A stretch of 55,441 nucleotides of DNA, counting the filler, from Basidiobolus ranarum (lineage: Eukaryota), in the NCBI GenBank assembly GCA_040143965.1. It is 5 parts of 5 records of this genome, joined end to end, with 100 filler letters (N's around TTAATTAATTAA, not from the genome) between each part and the next. Parts side by side here need not be neighbours in the genome. Positions count along the whole stretch, not along the records: positions 22,242 to 33,249 come from JASJQH010000647.1; positions 33,350 to 44,347 come from JASJQH010000648.1; 3 more parts are not named here. One strand, written 5' to 3'. The notes beneath the pieces are model-generated. The model was not told where the DNA came from. It worked only from the letters and a program-made list of their open reading frames with translations, and ran no database searches. The position numbers and the translations under genes are program-made. Below are positions 25,497 through 39,109 of this stretch, piece after piece; position 1 is the first letter of the stretch; each line of letters begins with the position of its first letter.

Positions 25497-26721
25497 ATGC
25501 CAAATTATTTTGGAACTTTCAACGACATTTGTCGTATAGTTCCGTTGACTGTGTGCCCGTTACTAGGTCCTAGCGGAAATGGGATCGAGGCTCAATGCTA
25601 TGCCCGTAACTTCGAGTTTTCTGGGCATTACTTTTTTGAGTTTGGTAAGACTCTGCGATTGTCAATTATGTCCCAACCGTAACTAATACTTGTTCTGATA
25701 ATAGCCGCAGTAGTGATTTACGTCGCTGCAATAGTAATGGCTATTATAATGATTTACCACATAAAAACGAAATACACAGCAGTTGGTAAATATTTCTTTT
25801 ACCAAGTGTCTTTTTGTCTCGTATGTGTTTTCTCTAACTTTCTAGTAAACATTTAGGCCGAAAAGAGATGGCCTTCTTCTTTTACCTCTATCTACTTACA
25901 ACCTTGGTCGAGATGCTGCTAGTATCCGGCGCCATACCTATCGTATCCAGCGTCTATCCTGTAAGTATATGTAAGTGTTATTGTCTAATTGCTTATCAGT
26001 GCCTAATAGTAGCCTCTCGTTACTTAGTGGTTTGTTGCCGCCCATGTTGGACTCATGTGTGCCTCTATCTGGTGTCTCCTTATGAATGGTTTCGTTGGAT
26101 TTCAGATTTATGAGGATGGAACGGCATTATCGCTTTGGGTAAATTTCGAATATAATTGATCCAGGTTGTACACGATTTAACCTCTTTACTTCTGTAGCTG
26201 CTTCGTCTTTCTACTCTCTTCGTTCTCGGAGGGGTTTATTTTGTTGCCATTGCCACGTTTAAGAATATCACCGACTTTTTCGGTCCTACCAAACAGCTGG
26301 CCTTGTGGATCTTCTATTTTGCCTTCAATGCTGCAGCCATACTTGTTTATTTCGTAATGCAGCTTGTATTGGTTATCAAGACACTTGACGACAGATGGCC
26401 TTTAGGTAAGGCAGATACTTGGGATCTTGATATTTACTTTTTGCTACTGAATTTCTAAATCCATACGAACTCTTAGGTGATATTCTCTTTGCCTTTGCCT
26501 TCTTCGTCATGGGACAGCTGTGTCTCTACGTTCTTTCCAAAGATATATGTGTTTATGTCAGTCATTATATTGACGGATTGTTCTTCGGAGTACTATGCTC
26601 ATTGTTAGGTGTGATGATGATCTATAAATATTGGGACTCCATAACCAAGGAGGATCTTGAGTTCAGTGTTGGCAGTAAAAATATACAGTGGGATTATAAG
26701 GGAGCCAATTATTCGTATTAG
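25497..26721 (+). CDS. CHS7: Chitin synthase export chaperone Chs7, multi-exon
   Basis: [87 protein letters not shown]; several short GT-AG introns. Confidence 0.93.
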
Positions 26722-29419
26722 ATTATGTCCACTTGCCTACAAAATGTTTATTCTAACATAGAATGTTTCATCCACCAAGACTATGTTGTCATACCTTGGC
26801 CTCTTTCGCACTTCACTATAGTCACACTTCATCTTTACCATCCCCTGAATACCCAACATCTCTACTACGACCCTTCCTTTAAGTAATATTATCGCTTTCC
26901 TTTGGAGAGACTGATGTACTGCGCTTCCTACAACCCATTCCCTTGTTTTACCACTTCAGAGAGCAGCAAATGCACCTAGCCAGGGTGAGGATGTCGGATA
27001 TGTCAACCTAAAGAGACTGCTTTTTAAATGGGTAAATCGATTATCGTATTTTATGTTGTTGAACATCGATTCAACTCTCCCTTCATTATTACTCAAGATA
27101 TAAACTATCCTAGTGCTAATAGTCGTAGAACATTAACACAGACTCACCAATTACCTTGAATTTAAAGAGCTCTTTGTTTCCTAAATCATAAGTAAAAGTC
27201 GAAACTTCTTGCTACTTTGCTTAGAGACTTTTTGTGTGGTAATTTCACAAGATCAAGTAACTAAGATTTTTAACAAGGATAAACGCCTCACTCAATGAAC
27301 TTGGGCTTAGTATGCGGAACACTTGCTGTTTCTAATGCACGTTCTGCATCGCTATGTATACAAATTTACCTGCAAAAACAAGTCAATAGTATCTGCACAG
27401 TGTTAAGACCATTCCAAAAAGAAGTCAAAGCTCATCATGATTGGTGACAGAGGAACTGACGTGGATTCTGTTAAAGTATTTGGGAGCCTGTTAGAAGTGG
27501 TTTGGAGAATTAGAGAAATTGGTGGCTTTCACTTGTTGATTTATTGAGTATTCAGTTGACATTTATAGTTTTGTCAAGATGTAAACAAACTAACGTGTAG
27601 AATGTGTTAAGGAAGGTCCCAGGAACATGTGTGCAAGGTTTGGGGCTTCTTTGAAAAATCTATATATCTGAGAACTTCTAAGTAAATTCCTCATGAGAAT
27701 AATGGGTAATATCTTGGTTCAATATAAGATAAGTACTAAGCTATGTATGACTATATAGGTGTATAGGCAATGCTAATTTCAACAGATTCAAGAATCAAGG
27801 GATATGGTGATAAATGGAAGCAAGAACTTCATAGACAATACACAAACGTTGGCATAACTAACGAACACAAGACTTTACAAACTTGTATATATTACTTTTC
27901 CTAAGTTACTCATCCAGTAGATGTGAGAACACGAAATAGTAAAAAGCTTTATGTCAAGAAAGGATCATTTCTTTGTAGAAAACCAAAATGTGTTCTGGTA
28001 ACAAGGAAAAAAGAGTTGGTACCAAGAGTCACTTGGTCGGCACTGGTAATCGGTTTGTCGGGTGTGGCAAATCAGTTTTTCAACCAAACCTTTCCCGCAT
28101 TCCAATCCGGATTCAGTCAATTCAATACTGAGTTTTTTAAAAATCACCTCTTCCTTCCTATCTGAAAGAAAATGACTGGGTAGTGACGGCGTCACTACAC
28201 GAGGTAAAATTCAAAAGCAGGAACCATATTGTGTAACAGCGTGAAAATTTAGATAGAGGGATTCGGATCATCCAGCCGACCCTGTGATTGACTTCATGAG
28301 CCCTGGATTAATCTAAACATGGCAAACCTTTGTTAGACAACTTTTAATAGTACGACACTATATAAGGACAAAAGGAGTCTTGTTACAACTAACACTTTTA
28401 AATCTTACATCCGATTTTCCTCAAACGCCTCACCTCTGTAAGGCAATATCCACGGCAGGCTCAAGCACTCCAGTTAATCGTCCTCAATTATTTCTTTAGA
28501 TGCCAGAACAGCAATAAAGATCCTGTAGAATTATCTTTATTAACTTTTTCAATACATATATAGATACTGACCACTCACTCCAGTCAACGCAAGAAATTTG
28601 GCCTTGCTATCTGCTTACCAAGATCTCCTCGCTTCTCCTTGTATTGCAGAAGCTGCCCAAACCGTATGTTTGTAAAATGCCCTTTATGGCGTATTGGTCT
28701 CGTTTTTGTACAATAAATAGGCGTGTACCCACACATTACCATATAATGTATTGACTAAAATTCAGTAGAGCTCTGGTGTTGACACTACACCAACAGCGTT
28801 CTTGATGCCCACTTTAGCCAGACAAGATTCTGGGATTTCAACACTTCGCATCCTTCTATAACGGTCACTGACTTGCGGAAAACCCACTTCGGGAAGGGTG
28901 TATATTTCGTCAGTGCTGGTTAAGCTCAGGGTATAACCTAAAGTGGTATATGCAAAGTAAAGTATATGCTCACAGATAATCTCGTACATTGGTTACCAGG
29001 TATTTTGTAAACAATAACACGCTTCCACTTGAGCTATAATGGATCAACGCTGCAGTTGACAAAATACCAAGATTCTAGGATATAATCATCATCTTTCCAG
29101 CATCTATACTAGTAAATCCAGATCAAGTATGACTTCATGGGAGGAGGGCTTACATATATAGTCGACAAAAATGGGATTTCCCATAGTGACGCATAGATCA
29201 ATTCGTGATCATTCAAAACTTGGTATACACAATTTGTTAAAGCAATTAGATTGGCGAGGAAATCAGAATCTAAGGAATGTTGATGAAAATTTTATTCAAA
29301 AAATACAGACCAGATAGATAAACTGGTCTAGCTTATTAGTGTAGACGAAGCTGCATTCTTTGGGTGGGCTTTTCTCTTAGTTTCTACATCTCATATCTAC
29401 AAGTATATTGTTATCACAA

Positions 29420-31431
29420 ATGGACCCATACGCTGCCTCTAATCCTGCTCTTATGGGTATGTCCCAGGATGAAGGCTTCAGAAGCTTATACGTTGGCAAC
29501 CTTGATCCTAGAGTGACTGATTACATGCTATGGGAGATTTTCGCTACTGTTGGCCAAGTTATTAGCATTAAAATCATTCCCGATAAGAGTGTAAGTCTTC
29601 TTCTTTAAAAATGGAACTTGATAGATGTTGGGAACAAGCATATAAGCGCATCTGTATATGTTTACTTTTATTTTGGAGAAATATACCGATTCACTTGACA
29701 CTACTTCACTGAAGTAAATCGATCGAATTTAAGGGTTTCACTACAACCATCTTAGCTAGATCACATAGGTGACACTCGATAGGAGAATGAACTATTCGAT
29801 AGAAACTGGATTATCCACTCAAACTTATATATGTTTTACTTATCCCTTCATTGATTAAGATCCATTCACCACAAATGTTGAGCCTTATGGAAATCCACTC
29901 TAACATCCTTTATTACTCTTTATTCTAGTTTGCTCACGGTGGTTTAAACTACGGCTTCATTGAATTTATTGATCACTATTCTGCTGACCAAGCTCTACAA
30001 ACCCTTAATGGTCGTAAAATCTTCAATTCCGAAATTAGAGTCAACTGGGCTTTCGCTGGTGCCAATGCTCACAAAGAGGACACCTCAAGTTAGTGGATTC
30101 TCTTCGAGTTTATCGATAGCTTTCTCAACCTCAGCCCACTAAACTCTCTGTCTCCTTTAACATAGGTCATTATCATGTTTTCGTTGGTGACTTAAGTCCT
30201 GAGGTCAATGATCAAGTCTTAGCTCAAGCGTTTAGTGCATTTGGTAGCATGTCGTAAGTGATTCAAGTTACTGCAACTAAATTCGTTGAAAGATCATAAG
30301 TCTAAGTATCATTTTTAGTGATGCTCGTGTTATGTGGGATATGAATTCTGGAAAATCAAGGGGATATGGTTTTGTCGCTTTCAGGGAAAAGGCTGTGAGT
30401 AGCCATGGATATTACAATACATGTGTGCTTCTTTTCAATGTACTCGAGAACTAATGTATATTCTTTAGGATGCAGATCAAGCCATCAACACAATGAATGG
30501 TGAATATCACAGATACCTTTCATGCTACAATGACAGTCCTAATTATTTTCTTTTTAGGCGAATGGCTGGGTAGTAGAGCTATTAGATGTAACTGGGCTAA
30601 CCAAAAGGGAGCTGTCACTACTCCTACCGCTACTGCAGCACCAGGTTAGTTTTATTTAGTACTGGTTGTTTAAATACGATGTGCTGATATAGCCCCTTTA
30701 TAGCAGCGGCTGCATCCTACAAGCAACCTATGACTTATGAAACCGTTGTTGCTCAAAGTCCTCAGCATAATACCACCATTTACGCTGGTAATTTGGCCCC
30801 TTATACTACTCGTAAGTTTTCAAAGTAACAGTCTCTCTGTAGCACTTGATTTGAGATATTCACAACGCGCTTTTTTTATCTATTAGAGGAGCAACTTTAT
30901 CCTTTATTCCAGCAGTATGGTTATATTATTGACGTTCGTATGCAAGTTGATCGTGGTTTTGCCTTTGTTAAACTTGACACCCATGAAAATGCTGCCATGG
31001 CCATTGTATCTCTTCATGGAACCGTGGTCAATGGAAGACCGCTTAAATGCTCCTGGGGCAAAGATAAACCTACCGACCATACTTCCACTCCTTCATATCC
31101 CCAACAAGCTTATGGATATATGGCTCCTATGTACTCCATGTACCAACCACAAGCATATCCTGCCCCTGGTGGCGAGATGACCGCCGCTGCCCAAGCTGGA
31201 TCTGTTGATCCAAATGCCCAGGCTGCTGCACCCGGCACTTGGGATGGTTATGCTATGTACGATCCTTATGCCCAATATTATGGTGCCTATGGTGCCCCTG
31301 CTGCCTATGGCGTCCCTGGCGCTGATCCCAACGCTGCTGCCACTCCTCCCGCTTCCAGCCATCCAACACCATCCTCTAATCCTGCTACTCCAGGCTCTGG
31401 TGATGCTACTACCCAACCCACTGGCTACTAA
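29420..31431 (+). CDS. PUB1: Three-RRM RNA-binding protein Pub1/TIA-1 family with Q/P/Y/A-rich C-terminal tail, multi-exon
   Basis: LYVGNLDPRVT, LNYGFIEF, EIRVNWA, HVFVGDLSPEVND, SDARVMWDMNSGKSRGYGFVAF, EWLGSRAIRCNWANQK, DRGFAFVKLDTHENAAMAI, LKCSWGK. Confidence 0.94.
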
Positions 31432-33249
31432 TTGGCCAGAATAAAGCAGAATCCACTATATATTCCACTTTTATTTAGCAGCATAATTGAAAGGGTAATA
31501 GCATTTATAGAAGCATAATCCACTTTCTTGGTGATACTTCAGGGGAATGCGAAGAAATATGGGTATTTTCATTTTTTATACTTTCATTTGTCTTTGGGGG
31601 GAGCGAAATTCTTCATCAGTGATTAGTTGAAAAATTAAATGTACATTATCATAAGAAGTAATTCCCCCATAAAACTGCCCTATGAAAGTGATATCTCTCC
31701 TATTCCATCATCTATCAACCCAGCATTTCAAGCCAAAAACTTGTACTTATACCATACCTTTATGTTCGATCATCTACATGTGATTTGAGGATTCGACTAT
31801 AATACTAAATATGGATTGTCCTGAAATTGATTGTTCGTCAATGCCATGTTGTCGAGAGGACTTGATGATGCAGACATTGCAAACGAGAGGCCTTGATATA
31901 TTTATATGACAGTGAATGCTATAGAGTATGCTAACTCTAAACGAATGATGTCGCAGATATATTGATTGCTGTTTCAATCCGGGTTTTAGACTAATGAATA
32001 ATAGGATATAATAGGAACCATATTCACCTGGTTCGATGACCATATTTATACTATTAGAATAAGGATTTTCCGTTCAATCTCTCATTTTCCAATCAACTGT
32101 AAGTTTAATTCCAACCCACGATCTTTCATATTTCTGGGGCACAAACTCTACACTTAATTTTTAAATCCACGAATTCAACCACTTGCAATTCCCCCCTTTT
32201 CCAGTTGGCGGCAATTCTTTGAAACCACGGTAAACTGCAAGATTTGACGAACATGTGTAAATCCACGAAATCAATCCATCTATCCTTCCGCTGCTATAAC
32301 AGGTCCTGTACCATGGTTTGACACACCATAACTCATACTTTCCGCTGAAATTGGCGGATTTCAAGCCATGCCTAACCAACGATCCTATGATGATCCCGAG
32401 GTCAAGGATGTTTCTATACTTACATATCGAGAATCATGTGTACTGTTGGTTGACTAAGAAGGCCCATAATACACAGTGTCCAATCGTTTAACATTTGACT
32501 TGCTCCTATATGGTATGCTACATAGAATAACGGCAAGATCTCATGGCTCTACGACTTGTAATGTCCTCATTCGAAACTGCCTGCACTCTTAGCAACCAGA
32601 ACATTCTCCGAATTCTCCTCGATGCCGTTAGTACAAGTTGTTTCTTTCCTTTACGAAGAGTTAACTGATCAGCTCAACTTGTGACGCTGCCTTCAGAAAT
32701 ACCAAAAGTATTCCCGGATGTTTGGCTGAAGAGCCTCTTGAAATAGCTACGCCACAAGAAGAGCGTATTATCAAGAGTAATCGTCAGGCGATATCCAGTT
32801 GCCACATTTTATATGGGCAGGGATACTATGTGTGATTATGTATATTTTGTGGATCATTGTATCTTCAATAAATTCACGTCAGAGAACACCAACTTCAGCA
32901 CTTGATCTTTATCCAGCTTAAATATATAGGCGTCGTTTTATTGGCGGTAATGTGTGGTACGTAATTCATGGTGACACACCGTTCAAGTGTACATGATGTA
33001 TACGAAATACCGTTGTATCCTCTCGATTATACCTTCAACATGGATTCATGCAGGATGAGGGATTGATTACTTAACATCCGGAGTGTAAGATCGAAATAGC
33101 CGCGTCTTTGGGATTAGACAAAGTCTGGAGAACATTATAGATCATAGAACCATATTCTGCCAGGAAGAATAGAGCAAAACTTAGAGAAGAATGTTCTGTA
33201 TTGAATCCTGAAACTAATTCACTTTCTGCTTCGGGTAAATCGAAAGGTG

Positions 33250-33349
33250 NNNNNNNNNNNNNNNNNNNNNNNNNNNNNNNNNNNNNNNNNNNNTTAATTA
33301 ATTAANNNNNNNNNNNNNNNNNNNNNNNNNNNNNNNNNNNNNNNNNNNN
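33250..33349. other. Artificial contig linker
   Basis: N44-TTAATTAATTAA-N44. Confidence 0.99.
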
Positions 33350-35234
33350 CAGCAGTAATACACTTCATGATCGCGTCACGAACTTCCGGTCTGGGTGGAT
33401 CGATCATAGCAACAAGCCCCACAAAAGTCATGTTTTGTTCATAATTGAGGAACTTATTTGGATCACGAAGATCCCATTCAGAACCATCGCTAGGTAGATT
33501 GGAGACGGAAGCTAGACCAAGACACCTCAAGCTCATCTTGCCACCATATTCATTAATCTTTCCCAAAATACTGTTACGAACATGACTAGTGAGTTCAACA
33601 GGAGTTTCGGGAGAAGATTCGATACGAACATGAGTACATCTCTCCAGGATAGATTCAGGAGCCCCTTTTACGTAAAGAACACCCTCCTTACCAGAGTTAG
33701 ATGTAGCAGCAGGGTTATGAGCATTACTGCGAGCGATCAGAACAGACATTGATTTACGATCGCGGGAGAACTCGAAAGTGGCAACTCTATTTGCTTCCTT
33801 CTCAATAAAGTTGTTACAAGCATTAACTCTTTCAGACTTTGACATTTGCGACAATTTCTGGTTGAAGCTTGCATCTTTGGTGCCCAATTTCTCAACGAGA
33901 ACCTTTAGTGCAGCCTCAGTTGGTTCTCCAACATTGGAATAATTATCCGTGCTAGGATCGTAAGCAATACGAGAGTCGTTACAAAGAGCACAGATTTCCG
34001 ATAATTCCTGAATAATGGGAGAAGAGATGGGAAGATCCTGGAGGGCTTTACCATCGGGGGTCTTGACGTGGCCAATAGGAGCGTAACTAGTGCCTTCAAC
34101 ATGATATTCGGACAATTCACCTGATGGACTGGTGACGGTCAGAATTCTCTGAATAGACATCTGATTGGTGGTCAATGTACCAGTCTTGTCGGAGCAAATC
34201 ACACTAGTGCACCCCAAAGTTTCAACAGAAGGAAGGGAGCGAACAATCGCATTTTTTTGGGCCATTTTCTTAGTACCCAATGCTAAGCAGGTAGTGATAA
34301 CTACAGCAAGACCCTCTGGAATAGCAGCAACAGCAAGGGCCACGGCAATCTTAAAGTAGTATATGGCCCCCTTCAACCAGCCATGATGGGAGGGGTCATT
34401 AAAGTGGCGAATATTGACGATCCAGACCAGAATACAAATGACAGAGATAGCCTTGGCCAGAAAATCCCCAAAATCATCTAATTTCTTTTTGAGAGGGGTT
34501 TTCTCCGAAATCTGGGAAGTGATACTTTGATGGATATCACCGATCGCGGTTTGGGATCCGGTTTGTACAACAACGGCCTTGGCTTTTCCCAGAACCACAG
34601 TTGTGCCAGAGAATAAAATATTCACTTGGTCTTGCTTAACTGCTCTTTCATCTTTGATAGCCTCGATTTGTTTATTGACAGAAGAGGATTCACCAGTCAG
34701 AATAGCTTGATCGATACGAATGGAGCTAGAGATAAGTTCAAGGAGGCGGCAATCAGCAGGAACTTTATCACCCACAGCAATTTCAATGATATCACCAGGA
34801 ACTAGCTCAGTTGCATGGACCTTAGCCACCGATCCATCACGAAGTACCTTCGCTTCATCTGGAGAGTATTCCTTCAAGGCCTCGATAGCCTTTTCTGCAT
34901 TGCTCTCTTGGACGACACCCACAGTGGCATTCGCGATAAGAATGAGGAGAATAACGATAGGTTCCACATAGGCCGTAGCAGCGTCTTCCTTGCTCTCCTC
35001 TAAGAAAGCGAGAACGAAGGAAATTGCAGCTGCGAAGAGTAAAATGATCACTAGTTGATCTTTGAATTGTTCCAGAATGAGCTCCCAAAGTGGTGTTGAC
35101 GCTTCGTACGGCGGCTAGGTTTTCGCGTACTTTTTCTGGCGAGAGACCACTTGAGCTTGTGTCAATCCCTTGTCGGACTGGACTTCTAGTGAAGTTAGGA
35201 CTTGTTCCGCCGTCTTTGTAAAGCTATCATCCAT
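33350..35234 (-). CDS. SERCA-type (P2A) Ca2+-transporting ATPase, 5' part, truncated by the contig end; in-frame TAG at 35115-35117
   Basis: [45 protein letters not shown] (phosphorylated Asp), [33 protein letters not shown] at 35234 is in the same frame as ORF 33294..35051. Confidence 0.93.
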
Positions 35235-36240
35235 TATGACGTGTGTAATAGCAGAATAGAGAGAGCGAGAAAGAGAAAGAGAGTAGGGGGATTGGTTAGA
35301 GGAGGGCTGAAAGACAGGATAAGGATGATGAAGCTTCGGCACTAATGATACTTGACACTAGTATGGGGGAATTCCAATAGATATAGTTCCAGAATAATTT
35401 GAGTGAAATACCTTGAAGAAGGGGAACTCAAGCTACCATGGATGCTTTTGAATCAAATAGGTTCTCCCAATGGCCATCCTCCCCCTGAGTATCCTCCAGA
35501 GTATTCATTCACATCAGCCTCAGGTTTACTAAGCGCCCTGCGGTGATAAGAATAAAGGCCAATAAAAATCCGCCATGAATTCAGGAACGTCACTGTTGTC
35601 GCAATGATCTTCTCTACAGATGTGAGCTTAGTACACGTTCCTCATCTAAGACACATGATGTTTCTGGTGTAATGCTCAATAGGGTTTTGACACAACATTT
35701 CATTGTTCATACAAGATTCCAAGCGGTTATATTGCTGATATTCAAGATATGCTTGGGATGGAGAGGTCCTTTGTGAGGTAGGGGTGAGTGCTGCTGACCA
35801 GCGGGCACGTGACTGCACGGTGGCTTCACCAGCCAAACCTTGATCGATGCTGCGAGTGTTTTGTACTCGTGTCACAGCTTTCCAATACAGAAAGTACGTA
35901 TACCATGGTTTTTGTCAATCAACTCCCTCCATGTGATCAATCTTTCCATTACAATCCAACGATGGAGATTACTCGGATAGTGTTGGAGGTTCAAGCGGTG
36001 ATTCAATATTTAATCGGCAAATTGAAATCTGATTCAACAATTTGCGTCATAATATGCATACTTTTGATTTTAGATTTACTCCACTTCTCACCAATGGATG
36101 AAGCCTATAGAGATCTAGAAGAGATTAGTAAGATTACTTTGATTGTACTGTTGGTGGTGGCTGGGTCAATAAAACCAACTCTCCCCCAACTAATTCTTCC
36201 GAGAGAAAAAGCATAGACTTGACTTTGTCCTCTTACTTCA

Positions 36241-37547
36241 ATGCAGCAAGAATTCTCGTTTCGAACATTGAGAGAGGAAGAGCTACCACAATTTTTCGAG
36301 CATTTGGCTTTAGTATTTCAACCCAAAGGTACCCCAAAGCACTATTTTGTTGATCATTGGAACAACGATCCACATAGAGACATAGATGGCATTAAGATAG
36401 CCACTCTCAAAGAAGGCGAATCTGAAAAGGTAGCAAAACTGTGTTAAAATGTTCACCAATTTTGTTTTTGCTACAACTTTTTATTCGCGAACTCTCAGAA
36501 ATGACTAAAGGAAATGTATATTTTTTTATTCCATAGATCGTCAGTACCGTAAGAGTTTTCCGTCGTAAAGGGTATTTAAATGGGGCGTTAATTGAGATGG
36601 GGGGTATAGGAGAAGTAGCTACTTTACCCACTCATCTTCGTAAAGGCCTTGCTCGTCGTTTACTTCAGGAAGCCATTTCGTATATGAAAGAAACCGGTAT
36701 ACATATTTCCAGCTTACACGCATCCGTAGGCCCTGCTCAGAAATTGTATAAAAGTTTGGGTTGGAGCAAGGTGGATCTAAATTTTCGAAAATACAAAGTT
36801 CCTATTCAACTTCTTCGTCACTTTATTACCACTCCATTGGTTATAATTGAGCCACAGCCCATGAATCTGCAAGAGAATCTAGAAAATCTAGAGCTAATGT
36901 CTACTCTCCATAAGTCTGTTTTAACCCAACGAAATGTCGTGGGACCGATTGAACGAAGTTCGGAATATTGGAGAGACTGGTTAGGTTCTCCACCACCCTA
37001 TCCTTCGCGAAAAGTGACTGGCTTCTTTTCTACCATTCAAAGACCTGACGGAGGACACACTGGACCACAAGCCATTACCGCTTATCTGATCAGCGAGTTG
37101 CGCGAGGGACAAGAGTCCGAAACAACATGGGAGATCAATGCGGGAGAATTTATTGCCGCTTCACATGCTACCGAGATCAGTTCAAAGGAGGGCATTAGCA
37201 GTATAAAAGATCTAAGAGACATCGTACCTAGTTTGTATTCTCGTTTATTCTGGCAACTTCTTGCAGCTTATGCTCATTATGCAGGCCTGTTGGCAGAGAA
37301 GAACGAAGACATCTATGTTACTGTTAAAACACCGGAGCCTTTAGCGCCTAATTTTGAAGTTAAAGAATGCAAAAATATCTCGGTGGAGAATTTCGTAGAT
37401 GAAGGATTCATGTATAAAGTCATCAACGGATATGGTGATGAAGAGTTTAAAGTCCATACTAACGAAGACTGGAGCAATCTATTCCAGAATGAAGACACTA
37501 CAAACACTAAACTGGAGCATCTGTTTTTGAGATCAGACTCGTTTTGA
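36241..37547 (+). CDS. GNAT-family N-acetyltransferase (Eis-like N-terminal domain); exons 36241-36429 and 36537-37547
   Basis: IVSTVRVF.R......IEMGGIGEVATLPTHLRKGLARRLL (acetyl-CoA motif A), SSLHA, LYKSLGW. 107-nt phase-0 intron GTAGCA...CCATAG. Confidence 0.85.
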
Positions 37548-39109
37548 GTCATTAATGAACAACGGTCCAAGTGGTAATGAGTTCGGGTATCAATACGGGA
37601 TGCCAGTTGAAAATATTGCCACCTAGCATAAGATTATTGTCTCAAGATTAGTTTATTCCTAGTCCATAAATACCACATATTTAGGTTTCATTTACTGGCT
37701 GGAAGAAGAATGAAATCACCCTGTCAAAAATCCTATAAAAGTATTCACTTTTGCTAGTGAATGTTGTAAGATACCACAAATCTGAAATACACTTTATTTT
37801 ATAACCACCAAGTCATGTATCATCTCATGTTACTATGTGCATTTGAAAAAGGCGGACTCGCCAAGGAAGCATTCAATCAAGACGTACAAGAGATTAGTGG
37901 AATGGATGGATATCTATCTCGGTGATATTAGATAGCATATCCAAGTGGCTTATTTAATTAAGAACCTTATCACTGAGGAATACCCCCGAGCATCATGCAA
38001 TTAATAATTAATGGATTCTCTTTGGTGGAATAACGAGGGATAACAGTGTTATATGAAAGGGTACTGAAGATAATCGTATTAGAAGCAAATGGACAAGAAG
38101 CAAGGTTTCGTGGTGTAGACTATATTCATCATATTCAAGTAGAGCTTTAGATACCTATACACAAGGGTACTATTGGTGGACTCAGTGCCCAATGATACTT
38201 TGATAACCTTGTATCTACAAAATCCATACTGAAACTCTATATTGTTGGTATGAGTAGGTAAAATATCCAGTAAAGCTTAGTTAGCTACTCAAGGAAGTAT
38301 GTCTATAATCATATTATTACTGCTAGCAATGCTGTTCATGCTTCAAATTCTCCTCAACTGAAAGTCAGAGTAAATATTGCTCTGTAAGGAACTCATTAGC
38401 GTTGTGGCTTCTTCATGCTCTCCAATGAGCACCCAACCATTGAGTTACCTATAGATATACGATGCGCAGTTTGAACAAAAGGGAAGTCAGAGCCAATCGT
38501 ATTGGCCTAAGCTTATTTGATGTTGAAAGTACTGGTCAACGCAATTGATTGATGAATTCAGAGGCTTGCACTAATCGCATGGCGAAAGGAATTTTGTGGT
38601 TCGATTGGAGAGTGGTGTCTACTTGAGATGGTATATTTCCAATCCAGAAGGCGCTGAAAGTACACATAATTGGTAACCGGTATTTCAGTTAACTTACGCA
38701 TGAATCTTAAACAATAACCGCAAATTTACGCATACTAGCCATGGGCAGCTTGGCATGCGAGATAAGCATCAGCACCATTACCCAACTCGATCTGAGTTGA
38801 CTGTAGCTAATGTTGACCTAGAAGTATGGCATCATTGAGGGTCTGATGATACAAATGAATTGAGATGTAGTGGAACATGGCAATTTAGGCCCAAAAAAGA
38901 AGCGGCAGAATGAAATTCACTGGTTGGGAAGTCTTCCAAGTGAGTCATACATACCAGTTTTCATCATGCTCTGCTGGATGTTTGTAAGCAGTCTGGTAGA
39001 TGACCAGGACCACTAGCCATCGCTACAGTCTAATTAAGCTCTATTGGGGTTCTGCCTATTGCTTACTGTATGGAGAGCTTAAGTGTTAGTTTGTCATATG
39101 GAGTTAGAC

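Noticed and set aside
35788-36216. 142-aa ORF between SERCA and the GNAT
   Set aside because: Non-ATG start, no recognisable domain, and it lies in a divergent promoter region.
37600-39100. Possible decayed coding sequence or transposon
   Set aside because: Only short interrupted frames and no motif I can assign; needs tBLASTx.
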